DNA of 64,000 nt, taken from assembly GCA_041658425.1 (NCBI GenBank), contig JBBAAF010000001.1, positions 115,821-179,820 of the forward strand. The letters run 5' to 3'. Made by a program: the position numbers and the translations under genes. This DNA comes from Bacteroidales bacterium. GTDB taxonomy: Bacteria > Bacteroidota > Bacteroidia > Bacteroidales > UBA12481. Below the pieces are notes generated by a model. It was not told the origin of the DNA and did no database searches. It saw only the letters and a list, made by a program, of their open reading frames with translations. Shown here piece by piece: positions 1 to 9,443 of the stretch (positions are counted from its first letter, which is position 1; every line of letters begins with the position of its first letter).

Positions 1-1127
1 TATCCTTAGCAGGCCGGAATCTGGTACTTTTACCATTTTCCGATAAAGTTTCGGCTTCCACAAAAATAAAATCCGAAGAAGAGCGCAACAGGCTCAAGCG
101 ACTGATCCTATCTATTAAACCGAAGAATTACGGTGTTATCGTCAGAACCGTTGCCAAAGAACGCAAAGTGGCCGTTTTGGATGCTGAATTGAAATCGCTT
201 GTGGAAAGATGGGAGTCTATTTTTCAGGATATCAAATCAGTAGAACCGCCAACCCTGGTTTTGGGTGAACTGAACCGAACCTCCGCAATTTTGAGGGACA
301 TTTTGAATCCCTCTTTCAATAGCATTTCTGTTAATGATCAGGCTCTCTATCGGGAAATCCGTGACTTTATCATCACAATCGCCCCCGAAAAACAAAAAAT
401 TGTAAAGTACTATTCGGGTAACACTCCAATATTTGAACATTTCGGGATCGATAAACAGATAAAAACCCTGTTTGGAAAAACCGTTTCCTACAAAAGCGGA
501 GCCTATTTGATTATTGAGCATACTGAAGCCCTGCATGTTATTGATGTTAACAGCGGTAACCGCTCTCGATCAGCCAGCGATCAGGAAACCAATGCCCTTG
601 ATGTCAACCTTTCTGCAGCCGATGAAATCGCAAGGCAACTCAGGCTGAGAGATATGGGCGGGATTATCGTAGTTGACTTTATTGATATGGTCAAGGCGGA
701 TAACCGCCAAAAGGTTTTTGACCGGATGAAGGAAGCGATGAAAGCTGACCGGGCCAAGCACCATATCCTTCCCGTAAGTAAATTCGGCCTGATACAGATT
801 ACCCGCCAGAGAGTCAGGCCCGAGATGGATGTTCAGATCATGGAGACCTGTCCAACCTGCAGTGGAACAGGCGAGGTTACTCCGAGCATCCTCGTTCTGG
901 ATCAGGTATTAAATCAATTCCTCTATATTTTAGACAAATACCCCAAGCCAAAATTGACGCTAAAAGCTCATCCTTACCTGGCAGCCTATCTGCGCTATGG
1001 ATTCCCGTCAATCCGGATGAAATGGTCGTACAAGAATCGTAATTGGCTCAAAATCATATCAGATCCAAACCTGGGGATTCTGAATTATGAGTTTCTTGAT
1101 CAGAATGGCGAGAAATTCGTTATCTAA
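1..1127 (+). CDS. rng: Ribonuclease G/E family endoribonuclease, C-terminal part (5' end outside window)
   Basis: Frame 3 is open from the window edge (SLAGRNLVLLPFSDKVSAS...EEERNRLK) and runs into the 168..1127 ORF. RNase E/G catalytic-domain motifs are present: HVIDVNSG, GGIIVVDFIDM, FGLIQITRQR, CPTCSGTG. Confidence 0.85.
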   Translation, partial: SLAGRNLVLLPFSDKVSASTKIKSEEERNRLKRLILSIKPKNYGVIVRTVAKERKVAVLDAELKSLVERWESIFQDIKSVEPPTLVLGELNRTSAILRDILNPSFNSISVNDQALYREIRDFIITIAPEKQKIVKYYSGNTPIFEHFGIDKQIKTLFGKTVSYKSGAYLIIEHTEALHVIDVNSGNRSRSASDQETNALDVNLSAADEIARQLRLRDMGGIIVVDFIDMVKADNRQKVFDRMKEAMKADRAKHHILPVSKFGLIQITRQRVRPEMDVQIMETCPTCSGTGEVTPSILVLDQVLNQFLYILDKYPKPKLTLKAHPYLAAYLRYGFPSIRMKWSYKNRNWLKIISDPNLGILNYEFLDQNGEKFVI

Positions 1128-1143
1128 ATAACTTTTTACTCTT

Positions 1144-3168
1144 TTGATTATGTTCAAGCAGAAGAATTCACTCTATCTTTTGTTAACACTATGCCTGTTA
1201 ACCGGTTCCTTTATGTCATGCAAGTCACAAATGGTTGACCCGGTGAGCTGGTACTATTCAGTGAAACCGGTCAGTGACAGTATCTATGAGTTGCATTTTT
1301 CTGCAGCCATTGAACCAACCTGGCACATTTACAGCCAGTTTGTTCCTGCTGGCGGACCTCAACCGGCCGTTTTTACCTTTGAACCGTCTCCCAATTTTCA
1401 ACGGATCGACAGCGTTGTAGAAGCTACCAGGCCCAGCGAAGAATTCGACAAGATGTTTAATATGAAGGTGACCTATTTCGCCATGGAAGCCCAATTCATA
1501 CAGAAAATCAAAGTCCTTAAGAAAGAATCCTTTAAGATCATCGGAACCATTGATTATCAGATATGTGATGACAAATCCTGTTCCCCTGGCGAAGTCGATT
1601 TTGATTTCAATATAGAACAATCCGGTGCAGAAAAAAGTGAATCCGCTACTGTCAAACCGGCAACACCGGATAGCTCCACTCCGGCATCAGGATACTCTAA
1701 GAACCTTTGGAAGCTTTTTTGGATCGCTTTCGGCAGTGGTTTGATCGCATTGCTGACACCTTGCGTTTTTCCCATGATACCGATGACCGTCTCATTCTTT
1801 ATGCATGGAAAAAAATCACGCCGGAAATCTCTGTTCGAGGCTATGTTCTTCGGTATTTCAATTGTGGCCATTTTCGCAGTTATTGGAACTGTGGTTGCGA
1901 TAACCTTTGGTCCCGGCATAGCCAATTTCATGAGTACACACTGGATCCCCAATGTGTTATTCTTTCTGATATTCCTCTTCTTTGCCGCATGGTTCTTCGG
2001 AATGTTTGAGATCAATCTGCCAAACTGGATGATCAGCAAATCTGACCAACGAGCTGATAAAGGTGGTTTGGGAGGTCCTTTCTTTATGGCATTTACCACG
2101 GTATTAGTCTCATTTTCATGTACTGGCCCTATCGTTGGCACAGTTCTGGTTCAATCTGCCGGGGGACAAATTCTTCAACCAATCGTAGGAATGTTTGGTT
2201 TTGGAATTGCATTTGCTCTCCCCTTTACTTTGTTTGCCATTTTCCCTTCCTGGTTGAGCTCATTGCCGAAATCCGGGGGTTGGTTAAACTCGGTTAAAGT
2301 TATTCTTGGCTTTATTGAACTTGCACTCGGACTTAAATTCCTGAGTATTGCAGATCAAACCTATCATTGGGGAATTCTTGACCGCGAAGTGTATCTGGCC
2401 TTTTGGATTGTCATCTTCACCTTAATGGGTTTTTATCTTCTGGGTAAAATCAAATTTAAACATGACAGTGATGTAACCCATATTGGTGTTCCGCGATTAT
2501 TACTCTCCATCATCACTTTTACTTTTGTAGTGTACTTAATACCAGGAATGATCGGAGCTCCGCTGAAAGCACTGGCCGGTTATCTTCCGCCTGAAACAAC
2601 CAATGACTTTGATTTAAGGCAGGTCATCCGCGACAATGCGGGAACTGCTGCCAGCGCCGGTTCATCCGACCAGATTATTTGCGAGAAGCCGGAGTATTCT
2701 GACAGACTTAAACTGCCTCATGGATTGAAAGGTTATTTCGATTACGATCAGGCGTTATCATGTGCCAAATCTCAAAATAAACCGGTTTTCATCGACTTTA
2801 CCGGACACGGTTGCGTAAACTGCCGTGAAATGGAAGCAAGAGTATGGTCGGACCCTCGTGTATTAAGCAGGTTACGTGACAGTTATGTTGTTGTCGCCCT
2901 ATACGTAGATGATAAGGTCATAAAACTTCCTGAATCCGAATGGGTAACATCAACCTATGACGGAAAAGTGAAGAAGACTTTGGGGAAAAAATACCAGGAT
3001 TTCCAGATCACCCGCTTTGGTCAAAACACTCAACCACAGTATGCTCTGCTCGACACTGATGGCAAATTACTGATACCCACACGATCCTATGATCTCAACG
3101 TGGATTCCTTTATCGATTTTCTGGATAAAGGACTCAAGGAATTCAACAGCCGGCTAAAAGCAAATTAA
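1144..3168 (+). CDS. dsbD: DsbD-like protein-disulfide reductase (N-terminal periplasmic domain, CcdA-type membrane core, C-terminal thioredoxin domain)
   Basis: 674 aa with a signal/lipoprotein-like N-terminus. Membrane-core cysteines sit in LTPCVFPMIP and FSCTGPIVG. The C-terminal thioredoxin motif is GHGCVNC. TTG at 1144; an ATG alternative lies at 1150. Confidence 0.85.
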   Translation: MIMFKQKNSLYLLLTLCLLTGSFMSCKSQMVDPVSWYYSVKPVSDSIYELHFSAAIEPTWHIYSQFVPAGGPQPAVFTFEPSPNFQRIDSVVEATRPSEEFDKMFNMKVTYFAMEAQFIQKIKVLKKESFKIIGTIDYQICDDKSCSPGEVDFDFNIEQSGAEKSESATVKPATPDSSTPASGYSKNLWKLFWIAFGSGLIALLTPCVFPMIPMTVSFFMHGKKSRRKSLFEAMFFGISIVAIFAVIGTVVAITFGPGIANFMSTHWIPNVLFFLIFLFFAAWFFGMFEINLPNWMISKSDQRADKGGLGGPFFMAFTTVLVSFSCTGPIVGTVLVQSAGGQILQPIVGMFGFGIAFALPFTLFAIFPSWLSSLPKSGGWLNSVKVILGFIELALGLKFLSIADQTYHWGILDREVYLAFWIVIFTLMGFYLLGKIKFKHDSDVTHIGVPRLLLSIITFTFVVYLIPGMIGAPLKALAGYLPPETTNDFDLRQVIRDNAGTAASAGSSDQIICEKPEYSDRLKLPHGLKGYFDYDQALSCAKSQNKPVFIDFTGHGCVNCREMEARVWSDPRVLSRLRDSYVVVALYVDDKVIKLPESEWVTSTYDGKVKKTLGKKYQDFQITRFGQNTQPQYALLDTDGKLLIPTRSYDLNVDSFIDFLDKGLKEFNSRLKAN

Positions 3169-3209
3169 GGCAATACTATAAGCTTCAGTTTACTCTTAAG
3201 TGTTTCGAT

Positions 3210-3250
3210 CTTAAAGTCTTATAGTTTTAAAGTCTTCCTGTCTTCCTAAC
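3210..3250 (-). repeat. AAGAC-word repeat element, copy 1 (sense to the UbiD gene, overlaps its stop)
   Basis: Minus-strand reading is GTTAGGAAGACAGGAAGACTTTAAAACTATAAGACTTTAAG. It shares the 16-mer ACTATAAGACTTTAAG with 41728..41743, and GGAAGACTTTAA plus AGGAAGACAG with 57314..57340. Confidence 0.8.
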
Positions 3251-5125
3251 GGCGCCTTCCTGGTAAAATTTTGAGTATTTAGATGAAGGAGATGGAATCA
3301 AAGCTCCGGCTCCATAGTCCGGCCATTTTTTATCAACCATTCTGATAGTTTCCGAGTCCATGAGGGTTGGGTTTGGCCATGGACGGAGAAAGCCATCCAA
3401 CTTGAGTGTCTTAACAGTAGCGTCAATGAACATCATGCCGGCTGCTTTTCCATTGGCTGTAGGAAAAATCCGAACATCAGAAAGTACTTCCACGTTACTT
3501 CCGGTAAGCCAAACAATTTCATGAGGATCTGTCAGATCGACCCAGTCATCAAAAACAATCCAAAACCTGATATCATTAAAAGAATCGAACAACCGGATCT
3601 CATCTGCAATCTCACTCACCACTCCGGAATAGGTTTTACGCAAAGAAATTAAACCGATAGACACACCCCCCTTTATCCATTCCAGATTCATGTCCATAAT
3701 CTGCGGATGCTGTGAACGAAAGGCTATAACCATTTGTTCATCAATAGTTTTTGATATCTGATCGTCATTGAATATTTCCGGTCCGGTAGCGTCGAGCCCC
3801 AATTTCCCTCCGAAGGCTGGTTTTCTCGATGAGTGATCAAGAATATCCAATGGTCCCGAAGCTTTTTCCACATGCTGCGAAGGATCCACACGGCCTGAAA
3901 TATACCGGGCCAGATGGAAATAATCCTTTAACTCCGGCCCATCTCCGGTAATCACAATAAACTTGGTAAACATCATCTGGCCAGCACCCCATAAAGTATG
4001 CAAAACTTTGCGGCCTTGTCCGGGATAGGACGGAGTAATTCGGGCCAGAACAAGGTTATGAGCCACTCCTTCAACAGGTAAATGGAAGTCGGTCAACTCA
4101 GGAACCAATGCCATTTTGATCATCGGTTTAAAAAGCCTTTCAGTAACCCACGCCAGCCAGGTATCTTCCTGAGGAGGAATTCCGACAATTGTTGCAGGAT
4201 AAATGGCTTTTCGCCGGTGGGTGATTGCAGTCAGGTGAAAAACAGGAAACTGATCTTCAAGCGAATAAAAACCAGTGTGATCACCAAATGGCCCCTCCTC
4301 CTTTAACGGCTCTGCCGTATCAACAAATCCCTCTAAAATAAAATCGCAATCCTCCGGCACCCATAATTCCTGTGTTACACATTTGACCAGAGTTACCGGC
4401 TTATTCCGGATAAAGCCAGCCAGAAGGTACTCATCAATGCCGTCGGGCAATGGGGCCGTTGCACAGTAAGTGTAAACCGGATCACCACCCAGAGCTACCG
4501 CTACTGGCATCTTTGTACCCATTTTCTGATATTCCCGATAATGGCGGGCTCCGGTTTTATGCATATGCCAGTGCATTCCGGTTGAGTTGGACCCGAAAAC
4601 CTGCATCCGGTACATCCCGAGGTTTGGAGATCCGGTAACGGGATCAACTGTGTGGACCAGCGGAAAAGTAATAAACGGTCCTCCATCAAAAGGCCAGCAA
4701 GTTAAAACAGGCAATTTACCGAGATCAGGCTCCAGATTGATAACCTCCTGAGAAGCTCCCCTTCCTCTTCTGCGTTTGGGAATCCACCGGGCAGCTTTAC
4801 CTAAGAGAGGTATCTTCCTGACTTTACCGGCAAAACCTGAATCACTGCCGGTAAGAATACTGATCATCTTATGGATTTCACCGGCAAGCTCATCGGGTGA
4901 CCGGCCACCGAAAGCAATCCTGATTCGTTTTTCCGATCCCAGCGAGTTAATCAGAACCGGGTATTCGGTTCCGGTCATTTCAAAAAGAAGAGCTTTACCG
5001 CCCCCAGTCTGCTTTGAAAAACGATCTGTGATTTCAGTTATTTCAAGATGGGGGGAGACTTCCTCCCGTATCCTGATAATTTCACCAGCTTGTTCCAACT
5101 TTTTGATATAAGTCGACAGATTCAT
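3227..5125 (-). CDS. UbiD-family (prenyl-FMN dependent) decarboxylase, long 632-aa form
   Basis: Similar to UbiD/menaquinone-biosynthesis decarboxylases across the whole ORF (MYRMQVFG, MHWHMHKTGARHY, GPFGDHTGFY). The last codons (..TGRL stop) are supplied by a dispersed AAGAC-word repeat. Confidence 0.8.
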   Translation of the reverse strand: MNLSTYIKKLEQAGEIIRIREEVSPHLEITEITDRFSKQTGGGKALLFEMTGTEYPVLINSLGSEKRIRIAFGGRSPDELAGEIHKMISILTGSDSGFAGKVRKIPLLGKAARWIPKRRRGRGASQEVINLEPDLGKLPVLTCWPFDGGPFITFPLVHTVDPVTGSPNLGMYRMQVFGSNSTGMHWHMHKTGARHYREYQKMGTKMPVAVALGGDPVYTYCATAPLPDGIDEYLLAGFIRNKPVTLVKCVTQELWVPEDCDFILEGFVDTAEPLKEEGPFGDHTGFYSLEDQFPVFHLTAITHRRKAIYPATIVGIPPQEDTWLAWVTERLFKPMIKMALVPELTDFHLPVEGVAHNLVLARITPSYPGQGRKVLHTLWGAGQMMFTKFIVITGDGPELKDYFHLARYISGRVDPSQHVEKASGPLDILDHSSRKPAFGGKLGLDATGPEIFNDDQISKTIDEQMVIAFRSQHPQIMDMNLEWIKGGVSIGLISLRKTYSGVVSEIADEIRLFDSFNDIRFWIVFDDWVDLTDPHEIVWLTGSNVEVLSDVRIFPTANGKAAGMMFIDATVKTLKLDGFLRPWPNPTLMDSETIRMVDKKWPDYGAGALIPSPSSKYSKFYQEGAVRKTGRL

Positions 5126-5155
5126 TTGATCCCTTCTCCTTTTTTCTTACAAGAT

Positions 5156-5184
5156 AAAAAAAACCCGGGTAATGTTTACCCGGG
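5156..5184 (-). terminator. Rho-independent terminator after rplQ (end of the ribosomal block)
   Basis: Perfect 9-bp stem CCCGGGTAA / TTACCCGGG with a 3-nt loop. On the minus strand it is followed by a run of 8 T. Confidence 0.8.
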
Positions 5185-5210
5185 CTATATTCTGTAAGAG
5201 CAGATACGCT

Positions 5211-5807
5211 CTATTCTTTCTCTTCTTGCAAGTCTTCGCCAACCTCTTCTTCAGTAGCAGGTTCGGTAACTTCCTCTGCTTTAGCTTTTGTCCCGGCTTT
5301 TTCAGCTCCTTCAACCTTTTTCTTTGCTGTTTTAGCAGCCGGCTTCTTTTCAACAGTTGTAGTTGCTTCATCAGCAGCCGTTTTCGGAGACTTCCTGGAC
5401 CGGCGAGTTGTTTTAGCTTTTACGTCTGCTTTAGAAGAAAGCATGTTCTCATTAAAGTCAACCAGTTCGATAATGCACATTTCAGCACTATCTCCAAGGC
5501 GGGTTCCGGTTTTCAGAATGCGGGTATAACCACCTGGTCTGTCGCCGATTTTTTGTGCCACATCACGGAAAAGTACAGTAACAGCATCTTTATCACTCAA
5601 ATAACTAAAAACGGTCCTACGTGAATGGGTAGTATCGTCTTTAGCTTTTGTAATCAGAGGCTCAACATATTTCCTTAGAGCTTTTGCCTTGGCAACTGTG
5701 GTACTAATCCGTTTGTGCTTGATCAGGGAACAAGCCATATTGCCCAACATAGCTTCGCGATGAGCACTCTTTCTTCCTAAATTATTCTGTTTATCTCCGT
5801 GTCTCAT
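5211..5807 (-). CDS. rplQ: 50S ribosomal protein L17 with a long K/A/E/T-rich C-terminal tail
   Basis: N-terminus [23 protein letters not shown] is the conserved L17 start. It follows rpoA. About 75 C-terminal residues are low complexity. Confidence 0.95.
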   Translation of the reverse strand: MRHGDKQNNLGRKSAHREAMLGNMACSLIKHKRISTTVAKAKALRKYVEPLITKAKDDTTHSRRTVFSYLSDKDAVTVLFRDVAQKIGDRPGGYTRILKTGTRLGDSAEMCIIELVDFNENMLSSKADVKAKTTRRSRKSPKTAADEATTTVEKKPAAKTAKKKVEGAEKAGTKAKAEEVTEPATEEEVGEDLQEEKE

Positions 5808-5818
5808 TATACTATTCC

Positions 5819-6811
5819 TTATTCCTTATCTAACTTGTATTTAGCTACATCCATTCCAAAGTTCAAATTCATAATTTTCAGCAAGTCTTCCAGTTCAGTG
5901 AGGGATTTCTTGCCGAAATTTCTGAATTTCAACAGGTCATTTTTATTGTAGGCAACCAGATCACCCAGAGTTTCGACATCGGCAGCTTTCAGACAATTCA
6001 AAGCCCGAACCGAAAGGTCTAAATCGGTTAACTTAGTCTTGAGTTGTTGTCTCATATGCAAAACTTCCTCATCAAACTCCTCACTATCCATTTTCTCATC
6101 AGATTCCAGGGTGATCTTGTCATCCGAAAACAGCATGAAATGATGGATCAGTATTTTTGCAGCTTCTTTTAACGCGTCTTTCGGGTTAATGGAGCCATCG
6201 GTTTTGATTTCAAGGATCAGTTTTTCATAGTCAGTTTTTTGCTCGACCCTGAAATTTTCAACCATATACTTAACGTTCCTGATTGGAGTAAAAACTGAAT
6301 CAAGGGCAATTATTCCGATCTCAGCATCTTCTGATTTGTTTTCATCAGAAGGCACATAACCACGACCTTTGCTGATTGTGATAGTCATTTGCAGCTTAAC
6401 TGCCGGATCCATCCGGCAGATCACTAAATCAGGATTCAGGATTTTAAAACCGCTTAAGAAATTGTTCAAATCTGCGGCTTTAAGCTGGTCCCGACCAGTC
6501 ACGTTAATAGTAACCCGCTCATCTTCAACTCCTTCGATTTGTTGTTTAAACCGAACTTGTTTCAGATTCAGAATAATTTCGGATACGTCCTCCAATACTC
6601 CTTTAATGGTTGAGAATTCGTGGTTCACTCCTTCAATTTTCACGGTGGTGATAGCGAATCCCTCGAGCGAGCTCAGTAGGATACGGCGAAGGGAATTACC
6701 AATAGTAATCCCATAGCCCGGTTCAAGTGGCCGGAATTCGAACTTTCCATAACTAGAGTCCGATTCAAGCAGGATAACCTTATCAGGTTTCTGAAATGAT
6801 AGAATGGCCAT
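5819..6811 (-). CDS. rpoA: DNA-directed RNA polymerase subunit alpha
   Basis: 330 aa starting [12 protein letters not shown]. The alpha-CTD helix-hairpin-helix [20 protein letters not shown] is present. It sits between rpsD and rplQ. Confidence 0.95.
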   Translation of the reverse strand: MAILSFQKPDKVILLESDSSYGKFEFRPLEPGYGITIGNSLRRILLSSLEGFAITTVKIEGVNHEFSTIKGVLEDVSEIILNLKQVRFKQQIEGVEDERVTINVTGRDQLKAADLNNFLSGFKILNPDLVICRMDPAVKLQMTITISKGRGYVPSDENKSEDAEIGIIALDSVFTPIRNVKYMVENFRVEQKTDYEKLILEIKTDGSINPKDALKEAAKILIHHFMLFSDDKITLESDEKMDSEEFDEEVLHMRQQLKTKLTDLDLSVRALNCLKAADVETLGDLVAYNKNDLLKFRNFGKKSLTELEDLLKIMNLNFGMDVAKYKLDKE

Positions 6812-6828
6812 TGATCAGGATTTTACGT

Positions 6829-7437
6829 TTACTTGGAATATAATTCAACGATAAGTTGTTCCTTGATGTTTTCGGGAATTTCAGTCCTTTCAGGAACATT
6901 CAGGAATTTACCGGACATCATGGAGTGGTCCCATTCCAGCCAGGAATACCTGGACCTGGAAGCTGAGGCGAGAGAGTTCAATACGACTTCCAATGATTTC
7001 GATTTTTCACGGACGCCGATGACGTCACCAGGTTTAACCAGATAAGAAGCTATATCAACTACCTTTCCATTAACCACGATATGTCTGTGGTTAACCAGTT
7101 GCCGGGCAGCTGCACGCGTATTGGAAATTCCAAGTCGGAATACAACATTATCCAAACGTGTCTCGAGAAGTTGCAATAAAACTTCACCCGTTATACCTTT
7201 TGTCCTTTGGGCTTTATGAAACAGATTAGCAAACTGTTTCTCAAGTACCCCATAGGTATATTTAGCTTTCTGCTTTTCTTTCAGCTGAGTGCCATATTCT
7301 GAAAGCTTTCTTCTTCTTCTTGAAGGACCATGAAATCCCGGCGGATAATTCCTTTTATCAAAATACTTATCCGGTCCGTAAATCGGTTCCCCAAATTTTC
7401 TTGCGATTCTGGTCTTTGGTCCAGTATACTTAGCCAT
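6829..7437 (-). CDS. rpsD: 30S ribosomal protein S4
   Basis: 202 aa. Start [17 protein letters not shown]; S4 domain [10 protein letters not shown]. Confidence 0.95.
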   Translation of the reverse strand: MAKYTGPKTRIARKFGEPIYGPDKYFDKRNYPPGFHGPSRRRRKLSEYGTQLKEKQKAKYTYGVLEKQFANLFHKAQRTKGITGEVLLQLLETRLDNVVFRLGISNTRAAARQLVNHRHIVVNGKVVDIASYLVKPGDVIGVREKSKSLEVVLNSLASASRSRYSWLEWDHSMMSGKFLNVPERTEIPENIKEQLIVELYSK

Positions 7438-7472
7438 CTAACTCTGATTTATCGTTTGTTAATTCGAATTTC

Positions 7473-7865
7473 TTAGACTCTCCTGCGTTTAGGAGGGCGG
7501 CAGCCGTTATGCGGCAGCGGTGTTACGTCAACGATCTCGATAACTTCGATACCGCTATTATGAATCGTACGGATGGCAGATTCCCTGCCATTGCCAGGTC
7601 CTTTTACAAAAACTTTCACTTTCCTCAGGCCCAGGTCGTATGCTACTTTAGAAGCATCCTGAGCTGCAATTTGGGCTGCATACGGGGTATTCTTTTTCGA
7701 CCCCCGGAAACCGTTTTTCCCGCTTGAGGACCAAGAAATAACCTGTCCGGAATTGTTGGTCAGGGAAACAATAATATTGTTAAATGAAGAATGGATGTGT
7801 GCCTGTCCAAGTGGTTCAACCTGCACTACCCGTTTCTTCGCTGCTTTAACTTTCTTCTTTGCCAT
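7473..7865 (-). CDS. rpsK: 30S ribosomal protein S11
   Basis: 130 aa. Contains [17 protein letters not shown] and the C-terminal [13 protein letters not shown]. Confidence 0.95.
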   Translation of the reverse strand: MAKKKVKAAKKRVVQVEPLGQAHIHSSFNNIIVSLTNNSGQVISWSSSGKNGFRGSKKNTPYAAQIAAQDASKVAYDLGLRKVKVFVKGPGNGRESAIRTIHNSGIEVIEIVDVTPLPHNGCRPPKRRRV

Positions 7866-7875
7866 AGTCTAACGG

Positions 7876-8253
7876 TTATTTAGTCGCTTTCTTTTTGTTT
7901 GCTACAGTTTTCCGTCTTCCTTTACGGGTACGAGCATTGTTCTTGGTACTTTGTCCACGCACCGGCAAGCCGAGACGATGGCGGATACCCCTATAGGAAC
8001 CAATGTCCATTAGACGTTTGATGTTAATCTGAGTTTCAGACCGAAGTTCACCTTCGATTTTGAAATTCTCATTGATGAAATTACGGATTGCGGCGCTTTG
8101 ATCATCTGTCCAATCCTGAACTTTTCGATCTTTATCAACACCGGCTTCGGTTAGAATTCTACGGGATGTGCTTCTGCCGATTCCATAGATATAAGTGAGT
8201 GCGATTTCGCCCCTCTTGTTGTTTGGTATATCAACACCAACGATACGTGCCAT
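7876..8253 (-). CDS. rpsM: 30S ribosomal protein S13
   Basis: 125 aa starting [26 protein letters not shown]. Confidence 0.95.
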   Translation of the reverse strand: MARIVGVDIPNNKRGEIALTYIYGIGRSTSRRILTEAGVDKDRKVQDWTDDQSAAIRNFINENFKIEGELRSETQINIKRLMDIGSYRGIRHRLGLPVRGQSTKNNARTRKGRRKTVANKKKATK

Positions 8254-8289
8254 AAAAGATATTCCTTATGAGTTGTTTCAAAATACCAA

Positions 8290-8406
8290 TTATCCCTGAC
8301 GTTGCTTGAACCTGGGATTTTTCTTATTAATTACATATAATCGTCCTTTCCGACGTACAATTTTGCACTCGGCGGAACGCTTCTTAACGGATGCTCTTAC
8401 CTTCAT
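8290..8406 (-). CDS. rpmJ: 50S ribosomal protein L36 (not in the ORF track, 38 aa)
   Basis: Hand translation of the minus strand gives [38 protein letters not shown] followed by TAA. It lies between infA and rpsM, the canonical position. Confidence 0.9.
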   Translation of the reverse strand: MKVRASVKKRSAECKIVRRKGRLYVINKKNPRFKQRQG

Positions 8407-8421
8407 GATCGCTAAATATTA

Positions 8422-8643
8422 TCAGTTTTTGTATCGGTATGCAATTCGTCCTTTTGTCAGATCGTATGGAGACATTTCGACTCTCACCTTGTCTCCCGGC
8501 AGTATTTTAATATAATGCATACGCATCTTCCCGGAGATATGGGCGGTTATAACGTGCCCATTCTCCAATTCTACGCGGAACATAGCATTGGACAGAGCTT
8601 CGATAATTGTACCATCCTGTTCGATAGAAGGCTGCTTTGGCAT
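8422..8643 (-). CDS. infA: Translation initiation factor IF-1
   Basis: 73 aa with the S1-like OB-fold sequence [31 protein letters not shown]. Confidence 0.95.
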   Translation of the reverse strand: MPKQPSIEQDGTIIEALSNAMFRVELENGHVITAHISGKMRMHYIKILPGDKVRVEMSPYDLTKGRIAYRYKN

Positions 8644-8646
8644 ATA

Positions 8647-9423
8647 TTAAACTTTTAAAACTGCTTCTTCAATTATATTAAAATCAGACAATACATCTGC
8701 TATTTGATCCTTTACCACTATCGAATGTTCAAAATGGGCTGATGGCTTTCGGTCAGCAGTCCGGATAGTCCATCCGTTCTGATCTTGATGAATGTGCCTT
8801 TTACCCAGGTTAATCATCGGTTCTATCGCAATGGTTAGCCCTTTTTGCAGAACCTCTCCGGTTCCGGGCTTCCCATAATTAGGAACTTCAGGTGGTTCGT
8901 GAAGATGCCGTCCAACACCGTGGCCGACCATTTCTCTTACAACCGAGAACCCATTAATCTCTGCGTGCTTTTGAATGGCATGACCGATGTCACCGATTCG
9001 TTTTCCTGTGATTGCCTGAGATATTCCCAATTTCAAACATTCTTTGGTAACCCTGATCAGTTTTAATACTTCTGGTTTAACAACACCAATTGTGAACGTA
9101 AAAGCAGAATCACCATGGAAGCCATTCATCAAAACTCCGCAATCCACAGACACAATATCTCCATCTTTGAGAATTCTCCGGGAAGGTATTCCATGAACTA
9201 CTTCATCATTCACCGAGACACAAAGCGTAGCAGGATAACCCTGATAACCTTTAAATCCCGGTACTCCACCGTGATCATGGATAAACTCTTCAGCCATCCG
9301 GTCGATTTCCAGTGTCGAAACCCCCGGTTTCATCAGAGAAGCAACAGCAGCCAGAGTAGCAGATACAAGCAGGTTGCTTTGCCTAAGCAACTCAACCTCT
9401 TCGTCTGTCTTCAATTGAAACAT
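8647..9423 (-). CDS. map: Type I methionine aminopeptidase
   Basis: 258 aa. Metal-ligand contexts DIVSVDCG, HGVGRHLHE and TIAIEPM are present. It sits between secY and infA. Confidence 0.9.
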   Translation of the reverse strand: MFQLKTDEEVELLRQSNLLVSATLAAVASLMKPGVSTLEIDRMAEEFIHDHGGVPGFKGYQGYPATLCVSVNDEVVHGIPSRRILKDGDIVSVDCGVLMNGFHGDSAFTFTIGVVKPEVLKLIRVTKECLKLGISQAITGKRIGDIGHAIQKHAEINGFSVVREMVGHGVGRHLHEPPEVPNYGKPGTGEVLQKGLTIAIEPMINLGKRHIHQDQNGWTIRTADRKPSAHFEHSIVVKDQIADVLSDFNIIEEAVLKV

Positions 9424-9443
9424 ACAAAGAACGCAAAATACAA

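Noticed and set aside
5147-5624. ORFs 5172..5624 (+) and 5147..5371 (-) with low-complexity K/L/F-rich translations
   Set aside because: They are alternative-frame or antisense readings of the L17 low-complexity tail and terminator region. rplQ explains the sequence.
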